Assembly: GCA_017512495.1 (NCBI GenBank)
Contig: JAFWGF010000009.1
Location: forward strand, 1-58,718
Direction of reading: 5' to 3'
DNA: 58,718 nucleotides
DNA from: Bacilli bacterium
Lineage (GTDB): Bacteria > Bacillota_I > Bacilli_A > RF39 > UBA660
Below, in pieces: positions 16,782-26,071 of the stretch. The stretch's first letter is position 1, and each line of letters opens with the position of its first letter. Both the position numbers and the translations under genes were made by a program. Below the pieces are notes generated by a model. That model ran no database searches. It saw nothing but the letters and a program-made list of their open reading frames with translations, and was not told where the DNA came from.

Positions 16782-19105
16782 TATTTATTACCACCTTGAA
16801 ATATTACTTTGAAAATATCATTATAATTATTAACTGTAATAAAGTTAATATCTTTTTTTACTTCTTTTGGAATCTCATCCAAATCCTTTTCATTCTCTTT
16901 AGGAATAAATACTGTCTTTATTCCAGCACGATGAGCTCCAATTACCTTTTCTTTTAAACCACCTATTCCTAATACTCTTCCACGTAAAGTTATTTCACCC
17001 GTCATAGCAATTGTTTTAGGAACTTTCTTTTTAGTAAATAAACTAATAAGAGTTGTAGTTACTGTTACACCAGCAGATGGCCCATCTTTATTAACTGCTC
17101 CTTCTGGAACATGAATATGTATATCATTATTTTCAAAAACTTCATTCTTTATCTTATATTTATCCATATTAGATTTAATATAGTTTAAAGCAATATGACA
17201 TGATTCTTGCATTACTTCACCTAAGGAACCTGTTAAGACTAAATCTCCTTTTCCTTTAAAAAGAGTTGCTTCTATTGGAAGAATATCTCCTCCAAAAATA
17301 GTATATGCCATTCCATTGACTACACCTATTTCATCTTTACCATAGTTTTCTAAATATAAATATTTCTTTTTACCTAATAATTCCTCTATCATCTTATTAT
17401 CAATATCATAAAAACTAACATCTGTTGTTAATAAAATATTTTTAACAATCTTTCTAAATAAAGTTGCAATTGTTCTTTCTAATTCACGAACTCCAGCCTC
17501 TTTAGTATAATTTCTAATAATAGTTAAAATAGCTTCATCTTCCATTTGAACTTGAAGACTAGTAAGTCCATGTTCTTCTAACTCTTTAGGAATTAAATGG
17601 TTCTTAGCTATATCTAATTTCTCATATTCTGTATAACTAGAAATATTAATTATTTCTAGTCTATCTCTTAATTCATATGGAATTTGTTCCACATAATTAG
17701 CTGTTGCGATAAACATTACTTTACTTAAATCAAATTCTTCTTCAATATAATGATCTGAAAACTTATTATTTTGTTCTGGATCCAATACTTCTAATAAAGC
17801 ACTAGCTGGATCACCTTTAATATCTTTAGTCATCTTATCAATTTCATCTATGATAAAAACTGGATTAGTTGTACCAGCTTTTCTTATCCCTTGAATTATT
17901 CTACCGGGAGAAGATCCTATGTAAGTTCTTCTATGACCTACTATTTCAGCTTCATCATTAATTCCACCTACACTAATTTTAGCAGTTTTTCTACCTAAAC
18001 TCTTCGCAATACTAATTGCAAGAGATGTTTTACCAACACCAGGCGGCCCAACTAAGCAAAGAATTGGACTACGTAAATTATTAGTATTTTGCTTTACAGC
18101 CAAGTATTCCAATATTCTATCTTTTACTTCTTCTAATGCATAGTGAGATGAATCTAAAATATCCTTTACTCTATTTAAATTGTCATTATCTTTAGTAAAC
18201 TTATTCCAGGGTAAGTTAATCATCCATTCAAGATATTCTCTAATCATTCCTAATTCTGGAGAATTACTGTTAAGACTATTATATCTTTCTAATTCTCTTT
18301 CTATTTTTTCTTTTACTTTGTTATTACATTTTAATTTATTAAGCTTCTTAGTAATTCTTTCTACATCAGAATCTTTAGTATTTCCTTCTCCCAATTCTTT
18401 CTGCATTAATTTTATTTTTTCACGTAAAAAGTATTCTTTTTGGGTTTCATTTAATTCTTTTTCTACTTCCGCTTCTATTTGTTGCTCCAACTCAACATAC
18501 TTTAAATCTCTATTCATATCAACAACTAAATATTTAGCTCTTTCAATAGGATCAATTGTTGTGATATATTTTTTCTTTTCCTCATAATTAATAGGTAAAT
18601 AGCTAACTATTAAATCACATAAATCACTCAAAGTATCAACATTATCTACTTGACTCATAATAGCATTACCCATATAAGGTACTTTTCCTATATAATTATC
18701 CAATGTCTTTAATATAATATTAAAATATGTTTGTATATCATCATTTTCTATAATATCTACCGGTTTATAATTAGCTTTAAAATAATTACCTTCTTCAGTA
18801 AAATCATATAATTCTACTCTATCAATTCCTTCAATAACTAATCTTGTTTTTCCATTAGGAACATTCATTTTTAACTTTAAACGACCTAATACACCATATT
18901 TAGGAAATGAAGTAACATTAACAGCTTTTTCTTCAATAGGATTAACAATTAGCATTAAACTGTCACCTATTTTATTAACAATATCTATCATTTGCTTATC
19001 ATAAATATTATCATATTCAATTCTAACTTCATTATTTGGGAAGATTACCATATCATTAATAATTAATACTAATAATTTATCATCCACTGATACTTCACCT
19101 CCCAA
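16781..19105 (-). CDS. lon: Lon ATP-dependent protease (start probably GTG near 19087)
   Basis: GPPGVGKT; IIDEIDK; KDGPSAG; IGGLKEK. Confidence 0.98.
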   Translation of the reverse strand: MGGEVSVDDKLLVLIINDMVIFPNNEVRIEYDNIYDKQMIDIVNKIGDSLMLIVNPIEEKAVNVTSFPKYGVLGRLKLKMNVPNGKTRLVIEGIDRVELYDFTEEGNYFKANYKPVDIIENDDIQTYFNIILKTLDNYIGKVPYMGNAIMSQVDNVDTLSDLCDLIVSYLPINYEEKKKYITTIDPIERAKYLVVDMNRDLKYVELEQQIEAEVEKELNETQKEYFLREKIKLMQKELGEGNTKDSDVERITKKLNKLKCNNKVKEKIERELERYNSLNSNSPELGMIREYLEWMINLPWNKFTKDNDNLNRVKDILDSSHYALEEVKDRILEYLAVKQNTNNLRSPILCLVGPPGVGKTSLAISIAKSLGRKTAKISVGGINDEAEIVGHRRTYIGSSPGRIIQGIRKAGTTNPVFIIDEIDKMTKDIKGDPASALLEVLDPEQNNKFSDHYIEEEFDLSKVMFIATANYVEQIPYELRDRLEIINISSYTEYEKLDIAKNHLIPKELEEHGLTSLQVQMEDEAILTIIRNYTKEAGVRELERTIATLFRKIVKNILLTTDVSFYDIDNKMIEELLGKKKYLYLENYGKDEIGVVNGMAYTIFGGDILPIEATLFKGKGDLVLTGSLGEVMQESCHIALNYIKSNMDKYKIKNEVFENNDIHIHVPEGAVNKDGPSAGVTVTTTLISLFTKKKVPKTIAMTGEITLRGRVLGIGGLKEKVIGAHRAGIKTVFIPKENEKDLDEIPKEVKKDINFITVNNYNDIFKVIFQGGNK

Positions 19106-19167
19106 TAATTAAATACTGCTTACTATTATATCTTAATAAAAATTTTTTTCAACAAAAAAAGGCAAAA

Positions 19168-19192
19168 AAATAAACTCATTTAGAGTTTATTT
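19168..19192 (-). terminator. Terminator of the four-gene radical SAM operon
   Basis: AAATAAACTC-ATTTA-GAGTTTATTT followed by a T run on the minus strand. Confidence 0.7.
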
Positions 19193-19800
19193 TACTTGTT
19201 TAAAAAATCGTGTAAACAATTAAGCATAAATTCAAATTCATACCTAGTAAAGACTGTTTTGTTTGGATCTTCTTCACCCATTGCATGAATAATTGGTAAG
19301 GGACAATTTTTAATCGCATTTCTATAAAAAACATTTTGAATTGCACTTACATATAACTCAATAAGTAAATCATCATACTCTTCAGAATTTCTTTCAATAG
19401 CTTGTCCTTGCCAATAAATAATTCCTGTTTCTTTCCAATTATAATCAGATGCTTCCTTTAATACTAAAGCCTCTTTACCAGAATACTTAAATAACTTCTT
19501 TTGAATTTTTTTATCTGGAAATTTTATTCCTTGAAAGAAACATTCAATTGAATTTAATTTACATCCTTTAAACTTAAATTCATAATTAAATAAATTAGAT
19601 AATAGTTTAGGATATGTTCCTCTTAATCCATAACCGACATTTATCCATTTATCACTTTCTCCTATATAGCCATTCTTATCTTTAACAAGTTCTTTTTTAC
19701 AATATAAGTTACCGTCTTTGTCAGTAGTTATTTTTAATTGTTTAAATTTATAATTCTTTTTAAATTCAATAAATTCTTCTAAGTCCTTTTTATAACTCAT
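19192..19800 (-). CDS. NADAR-superfamily protein (phage T4 gp30.3-like)
   Basis: LLSNLF...SIECFFQGIKF...W...IYWQG...HAMG..D..KTVFT..EF pattern. Confidence 0.7.
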   Translation of the reverse strand: MSYKKDLEEFIEFKKNYKFKQLKITTDKDGNLYCKKELVKDKNGYIGESDKWINVGYGLRGTYPKLLSNLFNYEFKFKGCKLNSIECFFQGIKFPDKKIQKKLFKYSGKEALVLKEASDYNWKETGIIYWQGQAIERNSEEYDDLLIELYVSAIQNVFYRNAIKNCPLPIIHAMGEEDPNKTVFTRYEFEFMLNCLHDFLNK

Positions 19801-19817
19801 AATTATTCTCCTCTATT

Positions 19818-22157
19818 CTATAATAAACTCTTAATTAGTTTTTTACTACTATCTTTTAAACTTTCATCATCATAAATATTAATTCCTGTAAATCTATTAT
19901 AGTAAAACTTTGCATCACTGATTATTGTTTCATAGTCTGAACGTATATTAGAATGATAACCAAATAAGTTTAAATATGCTACATATTCTTCTGGAGATAT
20001 AGCTAATTTATCAACAGCTCTCTCTAAGATTTGATGTCTAGGATAATTAAATGGTGTTAATAACTCTTGTTCACTAGGAACAAATAATTCTTGTCCTCTA
20101 TCTTTTATAGAAAATTCTTGTAAGCGATCAAAAGTATACTGATATGCTCCTGATAATACTACTGAATAATTATTATCTTCAAAATACTTTCTTATTCTTT
20201 TCATAGTTGTACCAGTACCCATATTATCATCTAACAATACTATTTTTTTATTTAAAATAGCTTCTGGATTTACTACTAAATTTCGTAATTCACTGTTATC
20301 ATCAATATTACTAATTCCAAGTTTTTTATATTGACTATATAAAACAATTGAACTATTAGTATCAACCAATGAATTTATAAATGGACCTATATAAATCGAA
20401 CCATATCCTGGAGTTAAAATAGAATAACTATTAATACTCATATCATCTAATAATTTTGTAATTGCTTCTGCAAAATTTAGAATAAATACTTTATTATCAA
20501 GTTCTACTTGTTTTTTCTTATGAAGTATCTCTTGAGTATTAAAGTCATTGATTGTTTCCTTAAATTCTTCAAAGTTAAATGGAATATTCAAATCTTTAAT
20601 AAATGATACAAAATTAGTAATATCATTTACAAATACTTGATAATTATTATTAAGTTCTTCTGGTTGGGATTTCATAATATTACTTACACATGACAAATAA
20701 TATAATTTAGCTGATATATTTAAAATATTTTCTAATAAAACATATTTATCATCTTGACCTAAATTATTACTAGAAAGTAAACAATTAATTAAAGTATCTC
20801 TTCTTTTTAACAATTCTTTTTCTGAATCAAAATAATAATATTGTTGGTAATTCCTAGATAGATACTTATCATCATACTTAGTTATATAATCTAACACTAC
20901 TTTGTCATTTGGTATCATTTCAAATATACCTAAGACATCAGTGCGATTCATATATTCCTTTTTTAATTTAGAATCAAAATCAACAAATCTTTTACTATTA
21001 ATACTAACTATATCTTCATCAATAAAAGAATAATTACTTTTAGTTTTATTAATATAATCAATCTTAATCATTTGATTACCTTCAATATAAAATAATATAT
21101 CACATTCATATTTAACTCTAATATACTTCTTAGAATAATCGATATAATCCATAATGTTTTCTTCATTACTTAAACATAATTTTTCATAATAACTAAATAC
21201 TTTTAAGAACTCTCGATTATGAAGAATATTTCTATCAATATTCATTTTCTTTAAAGTATTTAAATTATCAACATGTGCATATCTATTTACGTGAATATTA
21301 TTATCCATAATAGCCTTTTCCCATTCTTTCAAAGTATACTTCATAACACCATTATTATATGGAAATAAATAAATGTATTCCCCATCTTTAACAATTAATC
21401 CTCTACCTCGATTATTATTACAAAAATTTAATTTACTAGTAAATGAACTATTCTTATCATTAGTATCAACATAAATATCTTCAATATTAGTATTTTCAGA
21501 TAAAATCTTTTTTATCTTTAATGAAGCAAATATTTTTAAATCAACTATTCCATTTAAATATCCTTTATTAGTTAATATTGCATCAATTGCTTCTTCAATA
21601 GAATCACATTTTAAATCATTAATGTTTTTATATTTATCATTTTCTACATACCCAATTATTTTATCTATCTCTAATAGTTTTTCATCAGTAATATAATCAA
21701 TATCAGGAATTTTGTTTCGATAAATATCTGCCATTTTCTTTGAAGCAAAATTAGTAGTTTTATGACCAACTTTATATTCTACTAAATCCATTAATGGATT
21801 TATAATATACTTCTTATTATTCTTAGTAGTTAATACTACATCTTTATGGGCAAATTGATCAGAAAAATAGGAAGTTATCTTACCATTTAAATCAAAATAT
21901 TCTGACAAGATATATTCAAGTATTTCACATAATGATTTACAGGTAACCTGTTGATAATCAAAGCTTTGTTTATTATTATAGATATTTTTTCTCTCTTCTA
22001 AATTTTCTTTAAACAAGAAAAATATTTCATCACGATAATAGTATTTAGACATTTCTATACAAATCATTCTAACTAATGCTAACTCATATTCTTCATCTTT
22101 TAATTCTTTGATTTTTTCTAAATCAATATTTTGAACAATCTTATCTATGATACTCAT
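19818..22157 (-). CDS. Large fusion: N-terminal transglutaminase/papain-like domain and C-terminal type I phosphoribosyltransferase
   Basis: VTCKSLC...AHKDVV...YIINPLMD putative triad; PRPP loop KIVLLDDNMGTGTT near 20205-20245. Confidence 0.65.
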   Translation of the reverse strand: MSIIDKIVQNIDLEKIKELKDEEYELALVRMICIEMSKYYYRDEIFFLFKENLEERKNIYNNKQSFDYQQVTCKSLCEILEYILSEYFDLNGKITSYFSDQFAHKDVVLTTKNNKKYIINPLMDLVEYKVGHKTTNFASKKMADIYRNKIPDIDYITDEKLLEIDKIIGYVENDKYKNINDLKCDSIEEAIDAILTNKGYLNGIVDLKIFASLKIKKILSENTNIEDIYVDTNDKNSSFTSKLNFCNNNRGRGLIVKDGEYIYLFPYNNGVMKYTLKEWEKAIMDNNIHVNRYAHVDNLNTLKKMNIDRNILHNREFLKVFSYYEKLCLSNEENIMDYIDYSKKYIRVKYECDILFYIEGNQMIKIDYINKTKSNYSFIDEDIVSINSKRFVDFDSKLKKEYMNRTDVLGIFEMIPNDKVVLDYITKYDDKYLSRNYQQYYYFDSEKELLKRRDTLINCLLSSNNLGQDDKYVLLENILNISAKLYYLSCVSNIMKSQPEELNNNYQVFVNDITNFVSFIKDLNIPFNFEEFKETINDFNTQEILHKKKQVELDNKVFILNFAEAITKLLDDMSINSYSILTPGYGSIYIGPFINSLVDTNSSIVLYSQYKKLGISNIDDNSELRNLVVNPEAILNKKIVLLDDNMGTGTTMKRIRKYFEDNNYSVVLSGAYQYTFDRLQEFSIKDRGQELFVPSEQELLTPFNYPRHQILERAVDKLAISPEEYVAYLNLFGYHSNIRSDYETIISDAKFYYNRFTGINIYDDESLKDSSKKLIKSLL

Positions 22158-22878
22158 AAAACTTTCTTTTTACCTTTCCAGCAAATTCTAAAACTTGTTC
22201 TTTATCTTCATCAGTAGCAAATTTTTTAGCATAATTAGAAATATTTTTTAAATTTTTACCGCGACCAAAATTCATATTGTATTCTTGAACATTTCTTAGC
22301 ACTTTTTGAAAATTAGTACCATAAATATTTTTAAATACTTCTACGATTTCATCAACATCATCTGTTTTATATAATAAATCAATTAATAATTGATAATCTT
22401 CTTTAGTAATACTCTCTTCTTGTAATGCTTGTAATAATATCACTGTAAATCTTTCATAATATTCTATCCATTTAGTTCTAGATTTCTCATCTGATTCATA
22501 TATTCTTGGATTATAAAATATTTTATCACTAGCAGGTATTAACCATTGGCGCCAATGACTAGAAAAACCATCTTCAAACTTTAATATATTCTCATAACCT
22601 AATTCATGCATTATTGATTCCAAGCTATTAGTTACTTCACATATTTGAAATCTTTCTTCTGGTTTTAATAGTGTTAAGTTAGGAACATGAGGTTTTATAC
22701 CTACTATCATAAATCCTTCTATAGGAACTTCAGGATCAGCTGTTACATTAACAAAACCATCATCATAAAGATAACCACCTACTAGATTAGTTATTTCATG
22801 ATTGGAAATAGCACAACTTTTGCAACCATAGAATTCCATTTCTTGTCCTAAGAAGTTTTTTTCAACCAATTTTTTCAT
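22141..22878 (-). CDS. HIT-fold nucleotide-binding protein with degenerate triad and helical insertion
   Basis: GCKSCAI; DPEVPIEGFMIVGIKPHV; SHWRQWLIP in place of HxHxH. Confidence 0.7.
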   Translation of the reverse strand: MKKLVEKNFLGQEMEFYGCKSCAISNHEITNLVGGYLYDDGFVNVTADPEVPIEGFMIVGIKPHVPNLTLLKPEERFQICEVTNSLESIMHELGYENILKFEDGFSSHWRQWLIPASDKIFYNPRIYESDEKSRTKWIEYYERFTVILLQALQEESITKEDYQLLIDLLYKTDDVDEIVEVFKNIYGTNFQKVLRNVQEYNMNFGRGKNLKNISNYAKKFATDEDKEQVLEFAGKVKRKFYEYHR

Positions 22879-22898
22879 AAATCCCCCTCCTTCTATTA

Positions 22899-24275
22899 TT
22901 AATAAACTAACATAAAATCTATAATATCTACATCATTAAATAATGCTAAATTACTTCTAATTACTTCCAACATTAAATTATCATTTAATGCACAACAATC
23001 ATGACATTTTTGTGGATATTGCGAACGTATTTTAACAGCATTTTTTCCTTGCATCAATTCTTCTAATTCATTTTCTTTTCCTGTTAAAATACCATAATAA
23101 GCATTATCTTTATCTCTAATTTTATCCCAATGAATACAAACTATCAAAGAGTTTCCATATAGAATTGGACTTACTATTGAAGAGAAACATTTAGTTGGTT
23201 TTTTGTTAACTACAAACTCTCTATCAATATATAATTTATCCAATAATTTAGGTGTTTGAATATGTTGAAGACCTAAGTCTCTATAACATTCACTAATTTT
23301 TATTAAATCTTCTTGAGTTTTTTCACTTAATTCAATATCCTTTTTATCTTCTATATGATCTGTTAAAACTTTAACCATTTGGAAGCTATTAACCCCCATT
23401 TTACCTAGCTTTTCAGTTAATTCAATATAATGTCCTTCATTCTTCTTTCTAATACAAGTTCTAACTCCAATCATCAATTCATTTTCCCTTTTATACTTTT
23501 TTCGTAAAGCACATAATTTTTTTAATAGTTTCATCGCATCATCATAAGTAAATTTTTCTTTACCCGGTTGATTACTATAATATTCATAAGCCTCTTTAGA
23601 AATTCCTGGTAAACTTATACGTATATAATAAGCATATTTTGCTAGAGCCTCCATTATATCTTCACTCATTCTACTACCTGTTGATATATAGACAACTCCC
23701 ATATTGCATTCTTCTTTAGCAAACTTAATTATCTCTGCGCGATGTTTATACATGTCTGGATTACCTTCTCCACACATTTCTAGTCTGACTGAATCACAGC
23801 CTCTTGCTTTAGAATATCTAGCTATTTCTTTCAAAATCTTTTTATATTCATCTAATTCTAAAACACATTTATCTAAATTTTTAATTCCCCACATTCTAGT
23901 AGGATCAGCTAAACATTCTCTACAACCAAAATCACAATATGGATAATCCTTAGTACTAATTGATAAAATTGGTAAATTATCAACATTACTTTTCATTCCT
24001 CTTTTAATTGCATTAGCATAATCTAAAATAGTTAATGGATAAAAATGTTGTGGATATAATTCACTTGTTTCAAAGATAATATCTCCAGTTAACTTGTTAA
24101 CCATAATCATAGATTTTGGTTTAAGACATTTATCAATTAATGATAAATTAATACTTTTACTGATAATACTATTATTTAATAATTCAATCTTATTATCATT
24201 GTTTATAGTATACACTTCTCCTTGATTATTAATAGCTAATTTAATCAAAACAATCACCCCTAACTTTTTCGCCAA
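22899..24275 (-). CDS. Radical SAM enzyme with SPASM/twitch-like C-terminal Fe-S domain (likely start TTG at 24248)
   Basis: CDFGCREC (CxxxCxxC); CGEGNP; C-terminal KCFS...IVC...KCHDCC. Confidence 0.85.
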   Translation of the reverse strand: MAKKLGVIVLIKLAINNQGEVYTINNDNKIELLNNSIISKSINLSLIDKCLKPKSMIMVNKLTGDIIFETSELYPQHFYPLTILDYANAIKRGMKSNVDNLPILSISTKDYPYCDFGCRECLADPTRMWGIKNLDKCVLELDEYKKILKEIARYSKARGCDSVRLEMCGEGNPDMYKHRAEIIKFAKEECNMGVVYISTGSRMSEDIMEALAKYAYYIRISLPGISKEAYEYYSNQPGKEKFTYDDAMKLLKKLCALRKKYKRENELMIGVRTCIRKKNEGHYIELTEKLGKMGVNSFQMVKVLTDHIEDKKDIELSEKTQEDLIKISECYRDLGLQHIQTPKLLDKLYIDREFVVNKKPTKCFSSIVSPILYGNSLIVCIHWDKIRDKDNAYYGILTGKENELEELMQGKNAVKIRSQYPQKCHDCCALNDNLMLEVIRSNLALFNDVDIIDFMLVY

Positions 24276-24277
24276 AT

Positions 24278-24306
24278 ATAATATACTATTTACATCTAAA
24301 AGTCAA
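24278..24306 (-). promoter_or_regulatory. Sigma-A-type promoter of the radical SAM operon
   Basis: TTGACT (24301-24306), 17-bp spacer, TATTAT (24278-24283). Confidence 0.6.
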
Positions 24307-24325
24307 TTATTTCAAACAAAACAAA

Positions 24326-24347
24326 AACTCTATATGAATATAGAGTT
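24326..24347 (-). terminator. tig terminator
   Basis: AACTCTATA-TGAA-TATAGAGTT followed by a T-rich tract. Confidence 0.7.
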
Positions 24348-25611
24348 ATTTGTTTAATTCTTTTAAAGTTTCAATAACTTTACGCATTTCTAAATCATAT
24401 TGAACTAGTTCTAATCCACCAAATTGATTTAAGAATTCTTCTTTTTCCATTTGGTATTTTTTAGCTAATTCTTCTGCTTCCTTTTCTGCTTCTTCCATGC
24501 TTACTTTAATCTTTTCAAGATTCATTACTTCTTCTAACATTAAACGATATAAAACATTATTATATGCTTCTTTTTCCATTTGAGCTTTTAAATCTTTTTC
24601 TGTAGAATTAGTAAATTGATAGTAAAGATCTAAAGAAACACCTTGCATTTTCATTTGTTCTTCAAAACGAGTCATTAAACGATCAATTTCTTCTTCAACC
24701 ATTTCTTCAGGAATATCTACTTCTACATTTTTAGATACTGTTTCTAATAAATTATCAACATATTTATTTTCAGCATCCATTTCTTTTTGAGCTTCTAATG
24801 ATTTCTTGATTTCTTCTCTTAGTTTTTCTTCTGAATCTATTCCTTCCATTCCTAAATCTTCAAAGAAATCTTCATCTAATTCTCTTTGTTTTTTCTCTTT
24901 GATTTCATTTACTTTAACTTTAAATACAACCGGAGCTCCTGCTAATTCAGCTGCGCCATAATCCTCAGGGAAAGTTACATTAATATCTTTTTCATCACCA
25001 GTTTTCATACCAATAATTTGTTCTTCAAATCCTGGAATAAATGTATTAGAACCGATTTCTAATGAATAGTTTTCACCTTTTCCTCCATCGAAAGCAACAT
25101 CGTCTTTGAATCCTTCAAAGTCAATAATAGCTACATCACCATTTTGTACTTTTCCATCTTTAGTTACTAATTCAGTATATCTTTCTAATAAGTGACCTAT
25201 TTCATGATCAATTTCATCTTTAGTAACTTTTACTTTTTCAGGTTTAACTCCTAAACCTTTATATTTCTTTACTTTTACTTCTGGCTTAGTAACAATCTTA
25301 AAGATAAATTCTACTCCATCTTCAGTAATATCTTTTATATCAACAGCTGGTTGTACTACAGGTACTAATTTAGAATCATCAATTGCTTTAGTATAAGCTT
25401 CAGGTAATACTGCATTAGCAGCATCAAAATATAAAGATTCTTTTCCAAATTTTTTTTCAAAAACGCTTCTTGGAACTTTACCTTTTCTAAAACCATCTAC
25501 TTTAATTGTTTTTTGTTTTTCTTTAAATACTTTATCAAGTGCTTTTGTCCATGAATCCCCTTCAATTTTTACTGTTACTTCATGGATGCTTTTATTTTCC
25601 TTCTTTGCCAT
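24346..25611 (-). CDS. tig: Trigger factor
   Basis: GFRKGKVP signature; FKBP domain FIPGFEEQ. Confidence 0.98.
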   Translation of the reverse strand: MAKKENKSIHEVTVKIEGDSWTKALDKVFKEKQKTIKVDGFRKGKVPRSVFEKKFGKESLYFDAANAVLPEAYTKAIDDSKLVPVVQPAVDIKDITEDGVEFIFKIVTKPEVKVKKYKGLGVKPEKVKVTKDEIDHEIGHLLERYTELVTKDGKVQNGDVAIIDFEGFKDDVAFDGGKGENYSLEIGSNTFIPGFEEQIIGMKTGDEKDINVTFPEDYGAAELAGAPVVFKVKVNEIKEKKQRELDEDFFEDLGMEGIDSEEKLREEIKKSLEAQKEMDAENKYVDNLLETVSKNVEVDIPEEMVEEEIDRLMTRFEEQMKMQGVSLDLYYQFTNSTEKDLKAQMEKEAYNNVLYRLMLEEVMNLEKIKVSMEEAEKEAEELAKKYQMEKEEFLNQFGGLELVQYDLEMRKVIETLKELNK

Positions 25612-25772
25612 ATTATTACCTCCAACGACTTATATTATACATTATTTTTACTATTAAAACAACATTTACTTGTAAATTATGCCATTCACCAAAGTAAACT
25701 GTGACAATTCTTCAATTATATTACAAATATACTGATATAATGTCATTTGTTTGCGAATAATACTACAGACAC

Positions 25773-25815
25773 AAATGTATTACAATTTGTGTATCTTACT
25801 AATTGTAATACATTT
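25773..25815. promoter_or_regulatory. Perfect 15-bp inverted repeat, probable operator
   Basis: AAATGTATTACAATT-N13-AATTGTAATACATTT upstream of the RHH gene. Confidence 0.65.
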
Positions 25816-25843
25816 TACTACAATTTTAAGTGAGAGTGGTATT

Positions 25844-26029
25844 ATGAAGGGCTTTAAACTTCCAACTATAGAGGAAGAAAAAACTGTTTTGAAGACAATT
25901 AGAATTAAGAGTTCAACTCTAAGAAAAATTGAAGAGTTATCTAAACAACATAATTTATCAATTAATAGAATTGTTAATGAGTGCTTAGAATATGCTCTTG
26001 ATAATCTAACTGATAAAAAAGACCAATAA
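25844..26029 (+). CDS. Ribbon-helix-helix (Arc/CopG-like) DNA-binding protein
   Basis: KTIRIKSSTLRKIEELSKQHNLSINRIVNECLEYAL; ATG at 25844 preferred over the TTG at 25751. Confidence 0.8.
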   Translation: MKGFKLPTIEEEKTVLKTIRIKSSTLRKIEELSKQHNLSINRIVNECLEYALDNLTDKKDQ

Positions 26030-26050
26030 TACTACACTCACGCATCCAAA

Positions 26051-26071
26051 AAGCAATACTAAGTATTGCTT
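26051..26071. terminator. Bidirectional terminator between RHH gene and galE
   Basis: AAGCAATACT-A-AGTATTGCTT. Confidence 0.7.

Noticed and set aside
22899-24275. Calling the radical SAM gene a prokaryotic viperin
   Set aside because: It lacks the viperin-like CNYxCxFC context, is longer, and carries extra C-terminal Cys clusters.
22899-24345. RiPP maturase interpretation of the radical SAM gene
   Set aside because: No precursor-peptide ORF, peptide transporter or maturation protease is adjacent; neighbours point to nucleotide chemistry.
25666-25746. 26-aa minus-strand ORF (MTLYQYICNIIEELSQFTLVNGIIYK) upstream of tig
   Set aside because: No Shine-Dalgarno sequence and no recognisable motif; likely chance.
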